A stretch of 64,000 nucleotides of DNA, taken from Acidimicrobiia bacterium (GTDB lineage Bacteria > Actinomycetota > Acidimicrobiia > Spongiisociales > Spongiisociaceae). This document shows, piece by piece, positions 58,139-64,000 of this stretch; position 1 is the stretch's first letter, and each line of letters starts with the position of its first letter. A model generated the notes under the pieces. That model worked only from the letters and a program-made list of their open reading frames with translations. It did not search any database and was not told the origin of the DNA. The DNA lies in the NCBI GenBank assembly GCA_965200835.1, contig OZ241390.1, positions 2,327,616-2,391,615 on the forward strand, in the 5' to 3' direction. The position numbers were made by a program, and so were the translations under genes.

Positions 58139-58506
58139 CAGGCGAGCATCCGCTGATCGAGGCGGTCCGGCCGGTGGCGAAAGCGGTCGGCGCTGAGATA
58201 GTGGACCGGTCCGGTGTGGACGAAAACGCCATCCCCCTCGTCTGGGAAGGGGAAGTAGTGGCCGGAGTCCGCCTCCTCACCCTCCACGATGTTCTGGATC
58301 GGATGGTCGCCCAGGTCGAGACCGAACTGGGCGGAAGGCTGGCCGACCTGGGAAGGGTCGACAAGCAGGTGGCAGTTCGCCTGTTGGATGAGCGTGGGGC
58401 CTTCCGGCTCCGCAAGTCGATCGAGGATGTGGCCGATCTGATGGGCGTCAGCCGGATCACCATCTACAACTACCTCAACCTGATCCGGGGTCGGCGGGAG
58501 TCGTGA
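58135..58506 (+). CDS. HTH_22 (YheO/DauR-type) transcriptional regulator
   Basis: KQVAVRLLDERGAFRLRKSIEDVADLMGVSRITIYNYL; ATGA overlap. Confidence 0.85.
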   Translation: MTGEHPLIEAVRPVAKAVGAEIVDRSGVDENAIPLVWEGEVVAGVRLLTLHDVLDRMVAQVETELGGRLADLGRVDKQVAVRLLDERGAFRLRKSIEDVADLMGVSRITIYNYLNLIRGRRES

Positions 58507-58841
58507 TGGTGAAGGCCCCTGGGTTGATGAGGCGGGCGTTGGTCTGCGTTCTGGTTGTCGTACTGTATGGGTGCGGGGGTGGGGGAGTGGCGGAGGACGC
58601 CACTGGCGAGGAGATATACGTGCAGGTGTGCGCCCGCTGCCATGGCTCGGACCTGCGAGGCGGTACCGGCCTGCCTTTGGTCGGGGAGGACGCTCGTTCG
58701 TTGGGTATGCCGGAGCGTTACTTCGTGCAGTCCATCTCGGCGGGCATCGGCCGGATGCCGTCCTTCCGAGGAGCCCTGACCGACGAGCAGATCGTCCGGG
58801 TGTCCCGCTATGTGATGGAGCAGCAGGACAGTGAACGTTAA
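58503..58841 (+). CDS. Monoheme cytochrome c lipoprotein
   Basis: LYGC lipobox, CARCHG, MPSF, LTDEQI. Confidence 0.88.
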   Translation: MMVKAPGLMRRALVCVLVVVLYGCGGGGVAEDATGEEIYVQVCARCHGSDLRGGTGLPLVGEDARSLGMPERYFVQSISAGIGRMPSFRGALTDEQIVRVSRYVMEQQDSER

Positions 58842-59000
58842 GGGTTGACTTCGGATCCGCCGAGTCTTCGAGCACGCCGCGGAGCCGCTTTGCGAATTCC
58901 AAAACCCGGCTTGCGGATTCCACGAAGTTCCCCGGGGGAGACGTGTCACAGTGTGCTGGTAGAACTGACCAAGCAACGACGCGCTGGCGGTGGGAGGACT

Positions 59001-62000
59001 ATGGCCATGGATCTGGCTGATATCGAACAGGGCATGCGCTTGTCAGGCGTGAGCTCCGGTGGTCCGGTCGTGGTGGTGGCCTCCATCCCCTATGGCGGGA
59101 AGATGGCCAACCTGATCTATCGATCCGGGGACGGCACGCTCGGCGAGAAGCTGGTATCCGCTGAGGACGCCCAAGGCTTCGAAGTGGCTCCCGACCGGAG
59201 GTGGTCCTTCGACGCCGATGGCGACGAGTTCCGGCTGGCGTCCGAAGCCAGACGCATCCAGTGGGCCCATCTGTTCGATCCCTACCGCCGTGGAGTCCTC
59301 CGGGATCGATCCCTTACCCCACCAGATCGAGGCGGTCTACCAGCATCTCCTCCCTAGCCAACCCCTGTCCTACCTGCTGGCCGACGACCCCGGATCGGGC
59401 AAGACGATCATGTCCGGCCTCTACATCAAGGAACTGAGGGTGAGGGGTGACCTGTCCCGCTGCCTGGTGGTGGCGCCCGGGTCGCTGGTCGAGCAGTGGC
59501 AGGAGGAGCTGTGGGACAAGTTCAACCTGCATTTCGAGATCCTCTCCCGCCAGATGGTGGAAACCTCGCTAACCGCCAACCCGTTCCTGGAACGTGACCT
59601 GCTGATCGCCCGGATGGACCAGGTGGCCCGGAGTGAGGATCTCAAGGCCAAGCTCGCCCAGGCCGAGTGGGATCTGGTGATCGTGGACGAAGCCCACAAG
59701 ATGGCGGCCCATCGCTACGGAACCAAGATCGACAAGACCAAACGGTTCCAACTGGGCGAGCAGCTGCGGGACCAGACCCGGAACCTGCTGCTGCTAACCG
59801 CCACTCCCCACAACGGAAAACACGAGGAGTTCCTGCTGTTCATGAGCCTGCTCGATCCGGATCGGTTCGGGGGTCGTGCGGGCATGAGCAGTGGGATGCC
59901 CGACACGTCGGACGTGATGCGCCGCTACGTGAAGGAGAAGCTGCTCACCTTCGAGGGCAAACGGCTGTTCCCCGAGCGAAGAGCCGAGAGCCTCTACTAC
60001 GACCTGAGCTACCCGGAGGAGCGTCTCTACGAAGCGGTCACCGACTACGTCCGAGAGGGGATGAACCGGGCGGACGCCTTGCGGGAAGGGGGCGACAAAC
60101 GGGGATTCGTGATGGGTTTCGCGCTGGCCGCCCTGCAACGGCGCCTGGCTTCCTCTCCGGAAGCCATCTACCAGTCGCTCCGCCGGCGCCGCGAGCGGGT
60201 CGAGAAGCAACTGGCCATCCTCCGGCGGATGGCAGCGGGGGAGAGCCAACCCGCCGACGAGCTGAAACTTCCCCGCTGGATGCAGTCCATCCGGTCGGAA
60301 GCCTTCGACTTCGACGAGTACGGCGAGGAAGACCTCGAAGCGCTGGAGGACACCGGACTGGACGCTGCGACTGCCCAGGCCACAGCCGATGAGCTGGAGC
60401 ACGAACTGGCCTGGCTTCACAGTCTGGAACGCCACGCCGGAGAGGTGCGTAGCTCACGGGTGGACCGGAAATGGAACGAGCTGGCCAACTTCCTCCAGTC
60501 GGACAAGTTCCAGGGCGGTGATCCTCCCCAGAAGTTGCTGGTGTTCACCGAGCACAAGGACACCTTGCGCTACCTGACCGATCGTATCCGTACCCTGCTG
60601 GGCCGTACCGAGGCGGTGGTCAACATTCACGGCGGCATGAAGCGGGAGGACCGCCGCCTGGTGCAGGACCGCTTCCGCAATGATCCGACCGCGCTGATCC
60701 TGGTAGCCACCGATGCCGCTGGGGAGGGGGTCAACCTCCAGCGGGCCAACCTGATGGTCAACTACGACCTTCCCTGGAACCCCAACCGGATCGAACAGCG
60801 CTTCGGCCGGATCCATCGGATCGGCCAGTCTCGGACCTGTTTCCTGTGGAACCTGGTCGCCCACAACACCCGCGAGGGCAAGGTATTCGACCGGCTCCTC
60901 ACCAAGATCGAGCAGCAGCGCCAGGTGTATGGCGACCAGGTCTACGACGTATTGGGAGATCCCCAGATCAACCGATCCCTCCAGAAGGCACTGCTCGATG
61001 CCATCCGATACAGCGACCGGCCAGCGGCGACGGCCCGCACGCACCAGATCATCGAAGGCGACGCGGGCACCCGGCTGAAGGATCTGCTCGAGGAACAGGC
61101 GCTGGCCCCGGAGATCATGTCCGACCGGGATCTCGGTGAGATCCGTGACCGGATGGAGCGGGCGCAGGCCCGGAAGCTCCAGCCGGGTTTCATAGCGGCC
61201 TTTTTCTCAGCGGCCCTCGATCACACCCGCGGCCGGATGGCCCGCCGCGAGCAGGGACGGTTCGAGGTGACCAGAGTTCCTGCCAAGGTGCGCTCCGAGC
61301 AGCGCCAGGCCCGGGCGCACGGTCCCGTCCACTCGCGTTACGAACGGGTGACCTTCCACAAGGAGCTGGTCGAGGGGGTCGACGGCAAACCCCGGGCCGA
61401 GTTGATAGCCGCCGGGCATCCGCTTCTCTCCGCCCTCATCGACACTGTCCTGGACGACTGCGGCACCACCCTCGATGCCGGGGCGATTCTGGTGGACGAG
61501 TCTGATCCCAGCGACGTCCCGAGGGTGCTCGTGTACCTGGACCATGCCATCACCGACGGCCGGAAGGGGGCCGGTGGTCGTAGGCATACGGTGTCAAGGC
61601 GGTTTCAGTTCGTGGAGGTCGACCGGGACGGGAATGTCACCGATCCGGGGGCCGATCCCTACCTGAACTATCGGGCCCTGACGGAGGAAGAAGTCGGTCC
61701 GGTAGCTGACGGTGTCGACCACTCCTGGGCAGAGGGTCAGGTGGAACAAGTGGCCCAGGCATGGGCGATATCGAGTCTGGCTACCCCCCACTTCGAAGAG
61801 GTGGCGACGCTGAACCAGATCAGGGTTGGCAGGGTACGCAGAGCGGTAGAACGGCGCCTCGACACCGAGATCCGCTACTGGGACCGACGCGGGGCCGAGC
61901 TCAAGCAACAGGAAATGGAAGGTGCGAGGAAGCGACGACAAGTGAGTTCCGCACATGCCCGGCGCCGGGCCGACGAGCTAGCCGAGCGCAAGCAAGTGCG

Positions 62001-62522
62001 CCTGAAGGAGCTGGAGGCCGAAGCTAATCTGGCCAGCCAGCCTCCCAAGGTGTTACTGCCGCTCTGGTCATCCCCCGTGGGCTATTAGCTACCGTAATGC
62101 ACGGTGGGTGGCGACCGCCTCTGCTCCCGGAAGAGACCGCCGCCACCGACCGGCGGGCCGTGGCAGCGGTCATGCAGGCGGAGTGCACGCTGGGTAGGAT
62201 TCCCGAGGAGCAACAGCACAACAATCCGGGGTTCGACATCCTGTCGCTCGACCCCGAGACAGGTATCCGCTACTTCATCGAGGTGAAAGGACATCTTCCC
62301 ACTACCCCCGAGATCCGAGTCAGCGCCGTGCAGGTCCGCCAGGGCAAACAGAACCCCGAGCGGTTCCGCCTCGCCGTGGTCGAAGTGCCACACGATCCGG
62401 ATGCCCACCCCACGGTGAACTACCTAGTGCGTCCCTTCGACAACTACCACCTGCACTTCCCGCAGAGCTATCTACCCCTCCAAGTAGCGGATCTGGCCAA
62501 CGAAGCGGTGACACCCCGATGA
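59001..62522 (+). CDS. SNF2-family helicase with C-terminal DUF3883 (PD-(D/E)XK) domain; frameshifts near 59286 and 62053
   Basis: [17 protein letters not shown]|AV...[58 protein letters not shown]...FIEVKG. Confidence 0.85.
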
Positions 62523-64000
62523 CTACTCCATACAAGCGCAAGCTAATTGAAGTGGCGTTGCCGTTGAAGGCCATCAGCGCTGCATCGGCCCGGGAGAAGT
62601 CGATCCGTCATGGGCATCCTTCGACTTTGCACTTGTGGTGGGCGGCGGCGTCCGCTGGCGGCGGCGAGAGCAGTGTTATGGGCATCTCTCGTGGATGATC
62701 CGTCTGCGCATCCCGACCAGTTTCCGACTGAGAAAGATCAGGCGGTCGAACGAAAGAGACTGTTCGGCATTCTGGAGCGGCTCGTGATCTGGAAGAACTC
62801 AAACGATCCGCAGGTTCTAGCAGAGGCCCGGTCCGAGATTGAAGCGTCATGTGGTGGCGTCCTTCCAAACTTCCTGGATCCTTTCTGCGGGGGGGGGTAT
62901 TTCGCTGGAGGCAGCCAGGTTGGGGCTGCCGTCGTATGGAGGTGACCTCAATCCGGTAGCCGCTCTTGTCTCCAAGGGGCTCGTAGAGATCCCGTCGCGC
63001 TTTAGAGGTTTGGCTCCGGTGAATCCCGAGGCGAGAGCTGGGTCAAGGTTGAAGACTTGGGTGGGGGCACAGGGGTTAGCAGAGGATGTGGCCTTTTACG
63101 GTCGTTGGATGCGTCAAAACGCCTTTGAGAAGATCGGGAGACTCTATCCGAAAGTCACACTTCCTTCCAGCCAGGGTGGGCGAGAAGCGAACGTAATGGC
63201 CTGGATCTGGGCCCGAACCATCAGCTCACCCGATCCGGCATGGAACGGGCGTGTGCCTCTTGTTAAGTCCTGGATTCTCCGAAAGCCTAAGAAGAATAAG
63301 CTGGCTATATGGGTGGAACCACAGATCAATCGTCGGACAAGAACTATTACCTATCGGATACGTGTCGGTGGTACACCTCCAGAGAGAGGGAGTGTATATC
63401 GGGGAGTAGGAACTTGTATAGTAACCGGCTCAGTCATACCAAAAGATTACATCAAGCAGGAAGGACTTAAGCGTAGGATTAACAGTGATCTGATCGCAGT
63501 GGTAGCTGAAGGTCACCCTCATGGTAGGGTCTATCTATCCCCGGTAGAAGTTCCACTAGTAGCTCGTCCTTCTCACGTCCCATCCGGCTACTTATCTGAG
63601 AACTCACAATATATGGGAGCTCCTCTTTATGGGTATAAGACAACAGACTCCCTTTTCACTGACCGCCAACTAGTAGCTCTTACGACATTTTCAGACTTGT
63701 TGGGGGAAACCCGGACCTTGATTAGAGATCATGCCCAACGGGCTGGCTTGCAGAGTGATAGTACTGGTCTTCGCAATGGGGGATCGGGTGCACAAGCGTA
63801 TGCCGATGCAATACAGACTTATCTTGCCTTTGTAATCGATAGATGTGCTGACTACTGGTCGAACGTGTGTATTTGGCACAATAACAAAGAACTCATCAGC
63901 CACACCTTTGGCCGCCAAGCCATTCCCATCACATCGGACTACACGGAGGCCAATCCGTTCTCATCCTCTACAGGTAACTGGTTGCGTCAGGTATCGTGGG
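62519..64000 (+). CDS. DUF1156-family adenine DNA methylase (partial; frameshifts near 62643 and 62898)
   Basis: [32 protein letters not shown]|[16 protein letters not shown]|ISLEA.RLG...[21 protein letters not shown]; ATGA overlap; runs off the window end. Confidence 0.85.

Noticed and set aside
1-64000. CRISPR array, rRNA, intact integrase or transposase
   Set aside because: No regularly spaced repeats or recognisable motifs seen; the only long repeat is the coding FN3 duplication

Overview
GC-rich bacterial chromosomal segment, most consistent with an Acidimicrobiia-type actinobacterium; FN3/SLH surface proteins suggest a possibly sponge/host-associated lineage (inference). Contents in order: (1) core genes recO-uppS-glyQS-yceI-dnaG-rpoD-tRNA-Asn-pyk; (2) a VanW/PG-binding protein, a lipid kinase and a three-subunit xanthine-dehydrogenase-type operon; (3) a lower-GC accessory patch (~15.7-22.1 kb) with a PGRP amidase, an S1 protease and an AAA/DUF4143 ATPase gene split by a Rep-like remnant, an Abi-like pseudogene and a wHTH-Mrr-like nuclease; (4) aspC, serC, coxG, an MFS transporter, a PQQ sugar dehydrogenase and two paralogous ~55-aa basic microproteins missed by the ORF track; (5) a complete archaeal-style nurA-herA-sbcD(mre11)-sbcC(rad50) operon; (6) a split purine/ureide catabolic regulon (two nitrilase-family carbamoylases, two fold-type II PLP enzymes, Se-type xanthine dehydrogenase, SsnA-like and shortened YgfK-like proteins, HTH regulator), whose two halves share a TTTACA-N3-TGT(A/C)AA palindrome; (7) an HTH/nucleotidyltransferase TA pair and an FN3x4-zincin-SLH protein; (8) the start of an SNF2-DUF3883 plus DUF1156 methylase defence locus running off the window end. 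About ten frameshifts or stops fall in accessory, repair and defence genes and may be sequencing errors. No CRISPR array, rRNA or intact transposase/integrase was seen. All family assignments come from motif recognition by eye, not database searches.
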